64,000 bases of DNA from an uncultured Candidatus Saccharibacteria bacterium (GCA_964549935.1 CAZJVT010000003.1:159501-223500); one strand, 5' to 3'; positions 1-9,609 are shown, counted from the first letter of the stretch. Program-made: numbers and translations. The notes: generated by a model not told the origin, from the letters alone.

Positions 1-1220
1 CTGATCTCGTTCTTCCGCGGCTTGCCGAGCCGGAGCGCGGTCCGGAGCTGGCGCTGCGGCTTCGCCTCGAGCTTCTCCTCGATCTCGGCGATCTCCGCGG
101 CGGACTTGCCCAGATTGCGCTTCCGGCCCCAGATGCCGTGCCGCCAGATGTGCTTGATGCCGCGCGCTTTCGCTTCGATCTCGACGAGATCCCTCCAGTC
201 GTCGACGAAGACCCCGGGTCCAAGCCGGCGGATCTTCGGGAACAGGATCGTCAGGATGCGGTTCAGCGTGCCGATCGGTGCGCCGTGGCTCACCGACCAC
301 CGGTGACCGGCGGACGGCTGCTTGCCGAAGGCGATCGCGACTTCCTTCAGGGTCAGGCTGCCGCCGATCATCCTGTTCAGCGTGTCGAAGAACTCGTTGA
401 AACTCGGCGCGATCGGGACCGCGGCGTCCTCCGGGTACTTGTTGAGCCACCGCGCCATAAGGGCGATCGATGGGTCGTAGAGCGGCTTGTCGCGCTGGTC
501 TTCCTTGACCAGCTTGGCGAAGGCGAAGCCCGAGATGCCGAGAACGAACTGAAACTCCATCGCGGTGAGACCGAGCTTCTCGCGCAGCGACAGGAGGTCG
601 TTGCCGGTGATCGGCTTGTACGCGCCGCGGAGCCTGATCGTCTTCGGGCCGCTCCCATGCCCCTTCTCGACCTGCGCGCCGGTCAGCGCCGTCTTCGCGC
701 CCTTCTTCTTGGAATAGGGCCAGTCCCCGTGGGACCAGATGTTGGGCGCCCCGCGGGCGAACGCCTCTTCCGAGACGATCCGGATCCATTCCTCGCTGAA
801 GGCCCGGTGCCCGTGCTTCTGGACCTTGCGATAGAGCATCGTGACGATGCGGCCGATGCTGAGCGTGGTCTGCCCGTAGGAGAGCTGTGCCCATCGGTAG
901 CCGGCGGAAACGTCGCAGCCGAGGGCGACCGCGAGGATGCGAGGCGTGACCTCGTCGCCCATGAGACTGCTCAGGAGATCGTGGAACTCCTGGACGCTCT
1001 TCGTAGACTCGAAGGGAACGTCTTCGGGGTACTTGTCGAGCCAGCGCGTGAGCAGGGCCAGCGCAACGTCGGACAGGGGCTCGTTCGGGTTCTTCCGGCC
1101 TTCGTAGAAGGATCCAGTCCAGGTGCCGAGGGCGAAAAGAAGGTCGTCCCGCGTAAGGCCGAGCTTTTCCTGCAGGTCCTTCACGTCGTTGATGTTTACG
1201 GGACGATCGGTCGGTATCAT
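1..1220 (-). CDS. Hypothetical protein, 3' end beyond window. It has two tandem ~190-aa paralogous modules (LGLTxxEFxFVLG ... RWLxKYPED ... GAPIGTLNRI) and a Lys-rich tail.
   Basis: Minus-strand translation from ATG (rc of cat 1218-1220) stays open to position 1. Frame verified at 359 and 119. The long + ORF 138..1319 is its antisense shadow. Not in ORF track because no stop in window. Confidence 0.6.
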   Translation of the reverse strand, partial: MIPTDRPVNINDVKDLQEKLGLTRDDLLFALGTWTGSFYEGRKNPNEPLSDVALALLTRWLDKYPEDVPFESTKSVQEFHDLLSSLMGDEVTPRILAVALGCDVSAGYRWAQLSYGQTTLSIGRIVTMLYRKVQKHGHRAFSEEWIRIVSEEAFARGAPNIWSHGDWPYSKKKGAKTALTGAQVEKGHGSGPKTIRLRGAYKPITGNDLLSLREKLGLTAMEFQFVLGISGFAFAKLVKEDQRDKPLYDPSIALMARWLNKYPEDAAVPIAPSFNEFFDTLNRMIGGSLTLKEVAIAFGKQPSAGHRWSVSHGAPIGTLNRILTILFPKIRRLGPGVFVDDWRDLVEIEAKARGIKHIWRHGIWGRKRNLGKSAAEIAEIEEKLEAKPQRQLRTALRLGKPRKNEI

Positions 1221-1343
1221 CGAGCGGTCCTAACCTTGCTGCGAACGCGATTATTGGCCCGGCAGGGCGCTTTACGATTAAAAGCAAACAGAGTATATCA
1301 TAAAGAGTTTCCCCGATGAAAGGCGCCCCAGGGCGACCACCGA

Positions 1344-2033
1344 ATGACCGAAATCGTGGTGACCGGCTACTTCGCGTACCAGGGCGACCCGCCGAAGGAG
1401 GTCGTGCTCGGAAATATCGCGTCGACGCTCGAGCTGCCGAAGTCCGGCCTCACGCTTTACTACGGCTACCAGTCGACTCTCGCGGCGATGTCCCGGGTGC
1501 GCCAGGCCGCCGAAGCGCAGAAGATGTCGGTCTGCACGGTCTCGGTGACCCTCGAGGTGCCGGAGAACGTCTATGCCCAGCGCATCTACCTCAAGCCCCG
1601 GACGGTCGAGACCAATCACGCCGGAGTGAAGAAGAAGGTGAAGGTGCCGGGCCTGGACCAGATCCAGATGGTCTTCATGGACCGCATCGGCAAGGAAGGC
1701 GTGGACGTCCTCAGCGAGCAGGCGCGGAAGATCCTCGCGCGCAGGGACATCCCCTACGAAGAGGGCTTTGCCTATTCGGGGCGCTTCATGACGGCCCATC
1801 CGTGGTTCCTGGACCAGCTGGTGAAGTCGCCTTACCTGAAGTCGGCGGAAGGCATCTTCTACTGGTCGGTCGAAGACCGGAAGCCGGTGCAGCCGGTGCA
1901 GCTGGTCACCCTGTTCTCGGATGCCTCGGTGACGAAGGTCGACACCCGCGGCGTCCGGACCGTCATCCGCTTTCCCAAGCAGATCCTCTCGAAGTCCGAC
2001 AAGGGCTGGAAGGATCCTCAGGTCTTCGGCTGA
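1344..2033 (+). CDS. Hypothetical protein (229 aa)
   Basis: ORF track. Diverse amino-acid composition, GC3-rich codons. Followed by a stem-loop terminator at 2060-2095. Confidence 0.7.
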   Translation: MTEIVVTGYFAYQGDPPKEVVLGNIASTLELPKSGLTLYYGYQSTLAAMSRVRQAAEAQKMSVCTVSVTLEVPENVYAQRIYLKPRTVETNHAGVKKKVKVPGLDQIQMVFMDRIGKEGVDVLSEQARKILARRDIPYEEGFAYSGRFMTAHPWFLDQLVKSPYLKSAEGIFYWSVEDRKPVQPVQLVTLFSDASVTKVDTRGVRTVIRFPKQILSKSDKGWKDPQVFG

Positions 2034-2059
2034 CGACCCTTACCTAGATCGGGACGATG

Positions 2060-2095
2060 AACGGCGGCACCTGACGGGCCGCCGTTTTCGTTTGC
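2060..2095 (+). terminator. Rho-independent terminator: stem AACGGCGGC / GCCGCCGTT, then T-rich TTCGTTTG
   Basis: Inverted repeat read directly, 27 nt after stop of 1344..2033. Confidence 0.5.
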
Positions 2096-2214
2096 GTCCA
2101 CGGCTTCATGGAGAGCCCCGGGCAAGGCAAATAGGAAAGGAAAGACTGCTCCTTCTTCTTCGCGCTTTCTGATTAATCGTGTACGCTTATGGGTAAGCGG
2201 AGGGAAGGAACAGG

Positions 2215-2847
2215 ATGTCCACAGCGTTCGCCAGGGTCGTTTCCCTGGATGGCAAAGCCATCCCTTCCCCGTCGGCCCCGGGCCATGACGCCAATCAGCG
2301 CTCCAATATCCCGACCCCCCGTCCTCTCACCGGCCTTTGGAGCCGACCGAGCTTCCGTGCCGCCGGCGCCCGCATGATGAACCGCCTCATAGAGCTCAAG
2401 CTGCTTTCCGAGGCAGGCATGCGCGTCCTTTCGGGCATCCTCGACGAGCAGCCTGGACCGGTTTGTCTCGAGGCACTCGACCCGACCCTCTATTTCTCGA
2501 CCGTCGGGGCAGAGGATGCGGCGATCGAGATCCAGGAATGGGTCGGTCGCCTGATCGACGACAGCCGGACCGGTATCCAGGGGGCGCCGGAGGCCGAAGC
2601 CCATGTCTGGGCGGTGCGCCTGGGGCTTCTCCCGGCGGAAACCGGTCATCCGGAGATCGTCGAGGAGCCCGGCCAGACCATGGATCTGGCCCCCGGCACG
2701 ATCGGGCTTTCAGAGATCGACGCCGACGAGATCGCCCAGGAGATCATGCGCGGGGAGCCGCCGTCGGGCGGCACCCCTTCCCCGCTCCCGTCGTCGCTGG
2801 TTCGCCCCGGTATCCCGGACGCCAAGGTTTCCGAGGTGCCGTTCTAG
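2215..2847 (+). CDS. Hypothetical protein (210 aa), Pro/Gly-rich C-terminus
   Basis: ORF track. Competing minus ORF 2173..2649 is Arg-rich junk. Confidence 0.5.
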   Translation: MSTAFARVVSLDGKAIPSPSAPGHDANQRSNIPTPRPLTGLWSRPSFRAAGARMMNRLIELKLLSEAGMRVLSGILDEQPGPVCLEALDPTLYFSTVGAEDAAIEIQEWVGRLIDDSRTGIQGAPEAEAHVWAVRLGLLPAETGHPEIVEEPGQTMDLAPGTIGLSEIDADEIAQEIMRGEPPSGGTPSPLPSSLVRPGIPDAKVSEVPF

Positions 2848-2849
2848 GT

Positions 2850-3368
2850 CTAGCCGACCAATTTCGATTTCTCAGCTCGCGCCTTTCTTCTACGTTCGGC
2901 CTTCTCCTTGACCAGCTCCGCGACAATGTCGGAAGCATCCTTGCGCGAAGCCTGGTTCAGGAAGTGAAGCCCGGCTCGGATGATCTCGCTGTCGTCGACA
3001 TTGGTGCCGATCGTACTCATGAAGTCGACACGCAGACGGTGAATCAGCTGATCGTCACCGACGGTGATGACATAGGTGTTCCGCTTGACCTGGTTCTCTT
3101 CTTCCTTCTGCTGACGCCGCGAAAGAGGACGCTGCTCGACGGCGACAGAAGGCATGACTGGAGCGCTAGGCGGTGGCGGAGCGACGGGAGGCACCAGTGC
3201 GATAGGCGGAGCGGCGGCGGGTGCTAGAGGCGGCGTAGCAGGGCTCGGCTGAGCCTCAGGTGCGGGATCCACCTTTCCCGTCTTCGCGAATTGCTCGATT
3301 TCCTCAGGGCTCACTTTCTGCTTTATGAATGAGCGCGCCGCCGGTGGCATTGAACTTACATTGGTCAT
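2850..3368 (-). CDS. Putative partition centromere-binding protein (ParG/ParB-like partner of ParA). Has a Pro/Ala-rich linker and basic Lys/Arg C-terminus.
   Basis: Immediately downstream of parA with a 2-nt gap. Size and charge pattern are typical of small type Ib partition adaptors. No motif-level proof. Confidence 0.5.
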   Translation of the reverse strand: MTNVSSMPPAARSFIKQKVSPEEIEQFAKTGKVDPAPEAQPSPATPPLAPAAAPPIALVPPVAPPPPSAPVMPSVAVEQRPLSRRQQKEEENQVKRNTYVITVGDDQLIHRLRVDFMSTIGTNVDDSEIIRAGLHFLNQASRKDASDIVAELVKEKAERRRKARAEKSKLVG

Positions 3369-3370
3369 CT

Positions 3371-4051
3371 TTATGCGGCCTTCTGCGTAAGAGGCACTCC
3401 GAGTATCTCCAGTATCTCGTCGGCAACGTCTCTGAACTGCCTGCAGGAAATCGTTCTGCTGCGCGAGTGGATCGCCTCGCCATATCCCTGGATTTGTCGA
3501 AGCACCTGCGCCTGCGAGATCTTCGTTCGAAGCATCTCGATCTCCATGACATTCACGATCTCGAGCGCTTGGGCCATGATCGTGGTCCGCGGCTGATACT
3601 CATTGAGCACAGCTCTCACCTCGACATGGGTGTTGCGATATCTGGCGGCTTCGATCATCTCCTTCATGACCTTGGTCGCGTCCAGGTCGACCCATGCTGG
3701 TTTGATCGGTACGAGTACGAAGTCGGCGGCCATTACAGCAGCCCTCGATTGGGGCGCCTCACGATCAGGTGGACAATCGACGACCACGAAGTCGTTCCGC
3801 CTTGCCTCATCCTGGATTCCGCGCCCGATTGTCTCGCCCATGGCGTAGAGGCTGGAGACCCTCACGGCTAACGGCTTGCCGTCGGGGGCATTCCCTAGCC
3901 AGAACATGGCGGATTGCTGCTTGTCGGCATCGATTAGGGTGACCTCGTATCCCCTTTGCGCAAGCTCGGCCGCCAGGTTCACCGAGACCGTTGTCTTCCC
4001 GCAGCCGCCCTTCTGGTTCGCCACGGCAATGATCTTCTGCTGCATGGCCAT
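3371..4051 (-). CDS. parA: ParA/Soj-family partition ATPase (small type Ib ParA)
   Basis: Deviant Walker A KGGCGKTT near N-terminus (MAMQQKIIAVANQKGGCGKTTVSVNLA). Start ATG verified at 4049-4051. Confidence 0.9.
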   Translation of the reverse strand: MAMQQKIIAVANQKGGCGKTTVSVNLAAELAQRGYEVTLIDADKQQSAMFWLGNAPDGKPLAVRVSSLYAMGETIGRGIQDEARRNDFVVVDCPPDREAPQSRAAVMAADFVLVPIKPAWVDLDATKVMKEMIEAARYRNTHVEVRAVLNEYQPRTTIMAQALEIVNVMEIEMLRTKISQAQVLRQIQGYGEAIHSRSRTISCRQFRDVADEILEILGVPLTQKAA

Positions 4052-4057
4052 CCTCGC

Positions 4058-4425
4058 TATGGCGCGCCATCTCGCATGGCACGCCTCATTTCACGCTCTG
4101 TTCGCCCCCCGAACCGCGCCATCCAGTATTCCTTGCCATCAGGGATGGCGCGCCGGCCGAGGCGGCATGCCATCGAGCGAGGCGTGCCACGATATCGGGC
4201 GTGTCGCCTCGGATGTCCTGGCTGCCCATATGTCATGCCGCCCAGGATGGCGCGCCCCAGATCACTACAAGACATACCGGGTGGCTATCCATATCTTGTG
4301 GATAAGGCTCGTAACTATCGCCATATACTCGTGATTCGGCGAGGTGACAAGCACCATCCCAGGAGGCGCGACGCAATTCGGATTTCGCCAGACGGGATGG
4401 CGCGCCATACAAAATGGCGCGTGAC
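4058..4425. repeat. Array of ATGGCGCGCC(AT) palindromic repeats, candidate partition centromere and/or iterons. Copies at 4058-4070, 4144-4154, 4245-4256, 4394-4410 and 4411-4425, plus degenerate copies.
   Basis: Repeats read directly in the intergenic region upstream of parA. Confidence 0.55.
4285..4306. promoter_or_regulatory. DnaA-box-like pair in inverted orientation: TGTGGATAA (rc TTATCCACA) at 4297-4305, and CTATCCATA at 4285-4293
   Basis: Exact 9/9 match to DnaA box consensus on the minus strand, sitting in the repeat region. Confidence 0.35.
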
Positions 4426-4484
4426 TTCTCAACGGTTGGTACTATCGCGTCGGCACCTTATGATGCGTGAAAGGAGCCGAGCCG

Positions 4485-5654
4485 ATGAACCTCAGAGAAG
4501 TGCTGACCCCCGCCGCCCTGGCGCCGTTGTTCGCTGCCTACGACGACAAGAACGACGGCTACGAGAACTATCGGAAGCAGGTGAAGGGGATCGTCTGGCC
4601 GGCTGTGCAGAGGCATCTCGAAGGGCTACGAGCAGCAGGGAAGCTGGCGCCGATCCCGAACTCGAAGGGACGCAGCTCCAACTTCATGGACGCATGGAAC
4701 GCCATGGTGACGGGGGAGGGGCGGCGGTACAGCGAGCCCCAGTACATGTGGCATGCCATCCTCCAAACGGTCAGCCACGGCCTGGTCTTCGATGCCCTGG
4801 ACGCCATCCGCGAGTCCGCCAAGCTGATGGGGTCCAGAACCGAAGCTGAAAAGATCGCTTGCGAACGTCTCATCGCCGCGATCGAGAAGGGTGACGCGCC
4901 GAAGTACATGAGCGGCGAACACGAATGCACCGTTACCGGAGATCGCCTCTCGCTCGTCATCAAGGATTGGCGGCCATCATTTAGCCATTACCGGGACGGC
5001 AAGCTCGTGCCCATCGAGGAAGTGCCCGAGCCCCGCATCGTCGAGCTCGAGGTCGAGCTGAAGAGCGGCAACCTGCTCATCGCCGACTGGTTCCGCATCG
5101 ACGCCTTTACCAACGCGGTGAAGCTCGAGAAGGAGAGAAGCATCAACTCGGTGCAGGGCTGCCAGGAGTTCACCGAGCGCAGCCTGGCCGAGCATGGCTT
5201 CGTCACCGTCTTCGTCGGCAATTCGAGTCCTCGCATCATCAGCAAGAACGATGCGCTGGTGCTCGGCTACTATGATGAGGACGGCGACGAGGATTTGGCC
5301 GGAAAGGAACTAGGCTCGGTCTGCACGGACCTGTGGTGGGCGACGATCATCGAGCGCGAGCACCTGGTCTCGATCGTTGCGCGGACGCACGGCGAAGAAG
5401 AGGCCGAGCGCCTGGTGGCGGCCTATCTCGTGGAGCATGCGCATGTCGTCAACGAGGTGAAGGTCTCACCCGGCAAGCACATGCTCTACTTTGCCGGCGA
5501 CCCAGAGATCATCGAGGAGAGGTTCGCCGCGAAGGACTTCCCGATGGGCCCGATCGAGCCGTATTTCGTGCTGTCGAACAGGAAGCTGGATCTCGTGGCA
5601 AAGGCACGGCATGTCCAGCCCGAACCGGATAAGCCGGCGAGTCTCGCGCTCTAG
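4485..5654 (+). CDS. Hypothetical protein (about 389 aa) downstream of the repeat array; candidate replication or plasmid-maintenance protein (speculative)
   Basis: ORF track frame 4467..5654. SD AAGGAG at 4471-4476 favours ATG 4485 (MNLREVL). Confidence 0.65.
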   Translation: MNLREVLTPAALAPLFAAYDDKNDGYENYRKQVKGIVWPAVQRHLEGLRAAGKLAPIPNSKGRSSNFMDAWNAMVTGEGRRYSEPQYMWHAILQTVSHGLVFDALDAIRESAKLMGSRTEAEKIACERLIAAIEKGDAPKYMSGEHECTVTGDRLSLVIKDWRPSFSHYRDGKLVPIEEVPEPRIVELEVELKSGNLLIADWFRIDAFTNAVKLEKERSINSVQGCQEFTERSLAEHGFVTVFVGNSSPRIISKNDALVLGYYDEDGDEDLAGKELGSVCTDLWWATIIEREHLVSIVARTHGEEEAERLVAAYLVEHAHVVNEVKVSPGKHMLYFAGDPEIIEERFAAKDFPMGPIEPYFVLSNRKLDLVAKARHVQPEPDKPASLAL

Positions 5655-6991
5655 TCGGTCGGCGTCTTGGGTCTTGCCGCAAGGACGGCCGCGATGTGCT
5701 TGTTCACCTGATCCATATTCGCGATCTCCGCGGATAGATCGATCCAGGCACGAAGCTCCTCGGTGCGAGCGGGCGATTTGGGGATCTTTGGTCGAGGGGG
5801 CCTTGCGCGTTCCTCGGCCGCCTCGTCGAGCTCCATGACGAGGAGTTCCCTTTCATCCTCTTCCGCGCCTTCTTTTTTCTGAACGGGGCGCTGCCGGCCG
5901 TCGGGATCGTCGATCACCTCGATCGCCGTGGCGTCGATCACGTCGTCCTGGTCGATCGGCTTCTGGCTTTCCTGGGCCGGCAGGGACCTCTTCGGATCCC
6001 AGTCGTCGTGGTCGTCCCGCGGCGCCTTGGGCGCGACGAAGGCCCGCCGGACCTCGATGTCTTCCTTCAGGCTGGCGAAGTCGATGCCGGCGTAGGCTTT
6101 CCATGTCCGGCGCCCGCTGATCTCCTCGAGGATCCCGAGCGCCACGAGCTCTTCAAGCATCATGTTCGCGGCACGGACGGTGCAGCCGAAGCGACGTGCA
6201 ACCCCCGCAGGCGTGAGGATGGGCGACGCGGCGGCCTGGTCGATCAGGAGAGGGAGTCGGGAATTCGACCGTCGTTCGCCGGCGCGCCCGTGCCAGGCTT
6301 TCCAGGACAGGGTCAGGGTCCGGAGAAGGCCCAGAAGCTCGACCGCGTCCGCTTCGAGAGCTTCGAGGAAGGCGGCGAGGAACAGGTCCGGCCTTTCCGA
6401 GCCGGTTCGGTGGACCTGGTCCGCGACCAGGAGGATGGGGGAGGGGACCAGGCCGTGCATCGCCAGGCTGGCCGGCAGGCGCTCATGGGCGAGGCCGGCC
6501 GTCATGAGGTTGGACCGGCCTTCATAGAGCTGGGCCGCGACCGCGAAGAGAGCAGGGCCCTTGCCCGCTGGCTGAAGGGGGAACGAGCCCATCAGAGGGG
6601 GTTTTTCATCCGTCTCGGGTGGAGTCTTCGGCCAAGGCGAGGCGGAGAGGGCGAGCAGCCGCCGAGCCCTGCCGATGGCCCGGCGCTCGGCTCCTTTGTC
6701 GGCCATGGCCGGGAGCTGGAGGAGGGCCAGGTGACCCGCGATCCGGGCCTCGTCGACCAGGATCCCGTCGATTTTCGACAGTCGGACAGCCGCATGCAGG
6801 GCTGACCGGCAGGCGAAGGCATCCGAAAGGGGGTGGTTGCGAAGGCTGGTGGAAAGCTCCGCGATCGCCCTGACGCAGGTCTCCAGGCCGCGCAGGACCC
6901 TGTCGGTTCGGACCGACGGGGACGAGAACCTGTGAGGAGGGCCCGCCGGTGCCGGCTCTTGTGCCGGAATCCGCGAAAGAAGGGAAGTCAT
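5651..6991 (-). CDS. Hypothetical protein with winged-HTH-like segment (LEELVALGILEEISGRRTWKAY)
   Basis: ORF track. Start ATG at 6991 directly abuts the palindrome TAGTATACTA. Confidence 0.65.
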   Translation of the reverse strand: MTSLLSRIPAQEPAPAGPPHRFSSPSVRTDRVLRGLETCVRAIAELSTSLRNHPLSDAFACRSALHAAVRLSKIDGILVDEARIAGHLALLQLPAMADKGAERRAIGRARRLLALSASPWPKTPPETDEKPPLMGSFPLQPAGKGPALFAVAAQLYEGRSNLMTAGLAHERLPASLAMHGLVPSPILLVADQVHRTGSERPDLFLAAFLEALEADAVELLGLLRTLTLSWKAWHGRAGERRSNSRLPLLIDQAAASPILTPAGVARRFGCTVRAANMMLEELVALGILEEISGRRTWKAYAGIDFASLKEDIEVRRAFVAPKAPRDDHDDWDPKRSLPAQESQKPIDQDDVIDATAIEVIDDPDGRQRPVQKKEGAEEDERELLVMELDEAAEERARPPRPKIPKSPARTEELRAWIDLSAEIANMDQVNKHIAAVLAARPKTPTD

Positions 6992-6996
6992 GGTTT

Positions 6997-7006
6997 AGTA
7001 TACTAT
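6997..7006. promoter_or_regulatory. Perfect 10-bp palindrome TAGTATACTA in an AT-rich divergent promoter region (6992-7086); related ATATACT at 7071
   Basis: Read directly. Confidence 0.3.
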
Positions 7007-7086
7007 AAAAAATCTCATCCGGTGACATTTTAACCTGCGAAAATGTTCCTTTACGAAGGTGCAAATCGCGTGATATACTCCACTTC

Positions 7087-7494
7087 ATGATGAGAGCCCG
7101 AATATGCAAGCTAAATCAAAGGGTTAAACAGATATTCCGTCCGCTTGCCATGAAACGGAACCTGCAAATGCAGTCTCAAGCTCCCGCCTCCTTCGATCGC
7201 AACCTGACCCTCGAGACCTACGCGCTGGCCTTCGCCGTCGGCCTCCTCGCCGGCATGGTGATCCCGGTCATGGGCTTCGGCCTTGTCGCCAAGCAGGCGT
7301 CGATCCCGGGGACGCTCGCGATGATGTTCGCTCTGTGCATCCCTGCTCCGATCATGTGCCGCCTGGTCGAGGACCGGATCCGCGCGCGTGAGATCGAGCG
7401 CAGCGCCAAGCACGGCCTCCTCTTCGCGCTCGGGTGGGTTCTCACCATGATCGGCGGCTTCTTCCTGGTGCGCTACCTGGTGCTCGGGCTGTGA
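7087..7494 (+). CDS. Small integral membrane protein (2-3 TM); start may be ATG 7150
   Basis: ORF track, hydrophobic segments. Confidence 0.55.
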   Translation: MMRARICKLNQRVKQIFRPLAMKRNLQMQSQAPASFDRNLTLETYALAFAVGLLAGMVIPVMGFGLVAKQASIPGTLAMMFALCIPAPIMCRLVEDRIRAREIERSAKHGLLFALGWVLTMIGGFFLVRYLVLGL

Positions 7495-8210
7495 CCGGCG
7501 TCGCGACAGCTCTGGCGGAAGCGGGTAGGCCCGTACGCCGTCATCCGGCGCTCGCGCTGGGCCCAATTCGCAGGTCCACGCCTACCTATCTCCGCCGGAC
7601 CGGCGAGACCCTCTGCAGCTTCTATATTCAGGTCCCCGATCTCGATGCCGAGATCCATGTCTATTCGACGCTCTATCTCTCGAAGAACGAGAAGGGTGGC
7701 TGGGACGCGCGGATCCATGTCGAGCTTCCGATCAGCGCCGAACCCAGGGCGCCGCTTGAAGAGCTCCGGGCGCGTAAGCGTCAGATCAGGGTGGAGAAGA
7801 TCCAGAAAATCGTCGACGCGCTGACCGCTGCCGGACTCGCATTCGAGGAACGTCTTGGCCCTAACGAGCGGCGCGATCTCTATGTCGGCTCAGGCAGGAC
7901 GCGCGAGCAGGCGGTGGACAGCGCCAGAGAGGCGGCCATTGTGGCTTCGATCGCGCTCCGCGGCGTCGAACCCGTCGTTTGGATCAGGGCCGAGATGGAT
8001 CGCATCCGCGCTCACAACGAGGGTCTCCGTCGACAAGCCGCCGAGCAAGAACGACAGGAAAAGCAGATCGAGGAGAATGAGCGCAGAAATGAGGCGATGC
8101 AGAAGGTGGCGACAGAAGCTCTACGCCTCGAAAACGAAGGTCTCCTCGAGGACTCGAACGTCCTGGCCAGCCTTCGCCAGCTCGTCCTCGATCTCAAGTC
8201 GGTTTCCTGA
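7491..8210 (+). CDS. Hypothetical coiled-coil protein (Glu/Arg/Gln-rich C-terminal half)
   Basis: Frame of ORF 7434..8210. GTG 7491-7493 overlaps the TGA of the upstream gene (GTGA), suggesting translational coupling. No in-frame ATG before residue ~190. Confidence 0.55.
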   Translation: MTGVATALAEAGRPVRRHPALALGPIRRSTPTYLRRTGETLCSFYIQVPDLDAEIHVYSTLYLSKNEKGGWDARIHVELPISAEPRAPLEELRARKRQIRVEKIQKIVDALTAAGLAFEERLGPNERRDLYVGSGRTREQAVDSAREAAIVASIALRGVEPVVWIRAEMDRIRAHNEGLRRQAAEQERQEKQIEENERRNEAMQKVATEALRLENEGLLEDSNVLASLRQLVLDLKSVS

Positions 8211-8212
8211 TC

Positions 8213-8494
8213 TTGCCGCTCTTCATGTGCAGGGTCTGCTTCTGCGTCGAGAACACCGCGGTCTCCGGATACAGCGCCCAGATGCGCCGGGCGATCGCCG
8301 TCGGTGAAGAGCTGAAACCACTCTGCTCCGAGCATTTCCTCGGTGCCTGGCATGGGCGCTTCGAGAAGCGATTGGCCGTTGGTCATCTCGAAGGAATTGA
8401 CGGTTTTCTCTACACGCCAGATGAGGCCGCCGGATCGATGGCAACTCAGGGGCCATTCACCAGCATTACGTTGCCGACATCGACCAGCAGATGA
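8213..8494 (+). CDS. Possible small Cys-containing protein (93 aa); weak
   Basis: ORF track. GC3 bias good in first half only. Confidence 0.25.
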   Translation: MPLFMCRVCFCVENTAVSGYSAQMRRAIAVGEELKPLCSEHFLGAWHGRFEKRLAVGHLEGIDGFLYTPDEAAGSMATQGPFTSITLPTSTSR

Positions 8495-9609
8495 GCGAAC
8501 CCGAGAATCCTGGGGGCGGTCGTCAACAGGGCGGCGCGATCGCGAAGCCCACAGGCTCGGCCGAGATGGTGCCCTACAATGTCGAGCGCCTCAGCAAGCG
8601 TGCCGGCGAGCTGGTCGGGAAGTCGCTCTCGGAATCCACCAAGTCCACCTACGGACGCGCGATCAGGGCCTTCAACGACTGGTGCCTGGAGCGCGGCGCA
8701 TCGAGCCTGCCGGCGACCGACATTACCGTCGCCGAGTTCGTCACCGAAGCGCATGACCGGAAGATCGCGGTCAGCACTCTCTACGTGACCCTGGCCGCCA
8801 TCCGGGCCCGGCACCTGGCGCATGGCCATCCATCGCCGGCCGACGGCGAGCTCATCCGGCGCGTGATGGGCGGCGCCGCGCGCGAGGATGCCGAGTACCG
8901 TGTCGACAGGAAGAAGAAGCCGCTTACCTCACAGGGTCCACTGGTCGAGGTCCTGGAAGCGATCATCGCCGGCATCGATGAGACCCGCGGCTTGCTCCAG
9001 GAGATGAAGGAGGCCGGCGTCCCGACTCGAGGGGCTAGAGCATTCGTCATCGACAAGCGAAAGCTCGAGGCACGGCTTCTTGCCGCGCTGCGCGACAAGG
9101 CTCTCCTCCTGATCGGCTTCGCCGGAGCGCTCCGCCGTTCCGAGCTCGCTGCTATCCGGATCGGTCATGTTCGAAAGGCGGAGAGAGGCATCCTTCTTAC
9201 GGTGCCGCGTTCGAAGACCGACCAGGAAGGCAAGGGACGCACGATCGCCATTCCCTTCGGCAAACGGTTCTGCCCTGTCGCGGCCTATGACGAATGGGTT
9301 GTAGCAGCCGGCCTTCACAACGGTCCGGCTTTCGTGCGGATCTACAAGGATGGCAGGATCGGCATGGAGGCGATCGCCGGCGCGACGGTGGCGGAGATCG
9401 TGAAGATGCGAGCGAAGGCAGCGGGGCTTGATCCCAAGAAATTCTCTGGCCACAGCATGCGCTCCGGTTTCCTTACCAGCGCGGGAAAGAAGGGTGCGAA
9501 CCTCTGGAAGATGATGGACCAGGCTGGCCAGAAGTCGGTGAACACGACCCGCGGCTACGTGCGCGACGAAGAGCTGTTCGAGGACAATGCCGGCGAGGAC
9601 CTCCTGTGA
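8491..9609 (+). CDS. Tyrosine site-specific recombinase / integrase; start could also be ATG 8566 (MVPYNVERL)
   Basis: C-terminal catalytic signature HSMRSGF ... KSVNTTRGYVR (R-H-R-Y). Confidence 0.85.
   Translation: MSEPENPGGGRQQGGAIAKPTGSAEMVPYNVERLSKRAGELVGKSLSESTKSTYGRAIRAFNDWCLERGASSLPATDITVAEFVTEAHDRKIAVSTLYVTLAAIRARHLAHGHPSPADGELIRRVMGGAAREDAEYRVDRKKKPLTSQGPLVEVLEAIIAGIDETRGLLQEMKEAGVPTRGARAFVIDKRKLEARLLAALRDKALLLIGFAGALRRSELAAIRIGHVRKAERGILLTVPRSKTDQEGKGRTIAIPFGKRFCPVAAYDEWVVAAGLHNGPAFVRIYKDGRIGMEAIAGATVAEIVKMRAKAAGLDPKKFSGHSMRSGFLTSAGKKGANLWKMMDQAGQKSVNTTRGYVRDEELFEDNAGEDLL

Noticed and set aside
138-1319. 393-aa + strand ORF (Asp/Arg/Glu/Leu-rich)
   Set aside because: It is the antisense shadow of the well-formed minus-strand gene 1..1220, with low-complexity composition typical of high-GC antisense frames.
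8491-9609. Integron integrase / attC cassette array
   Set aside because: The recombinase lacks recognisable IntI-specific features in context. No attC-like imperfect inverted repeats or promoterless cassettes follow it.
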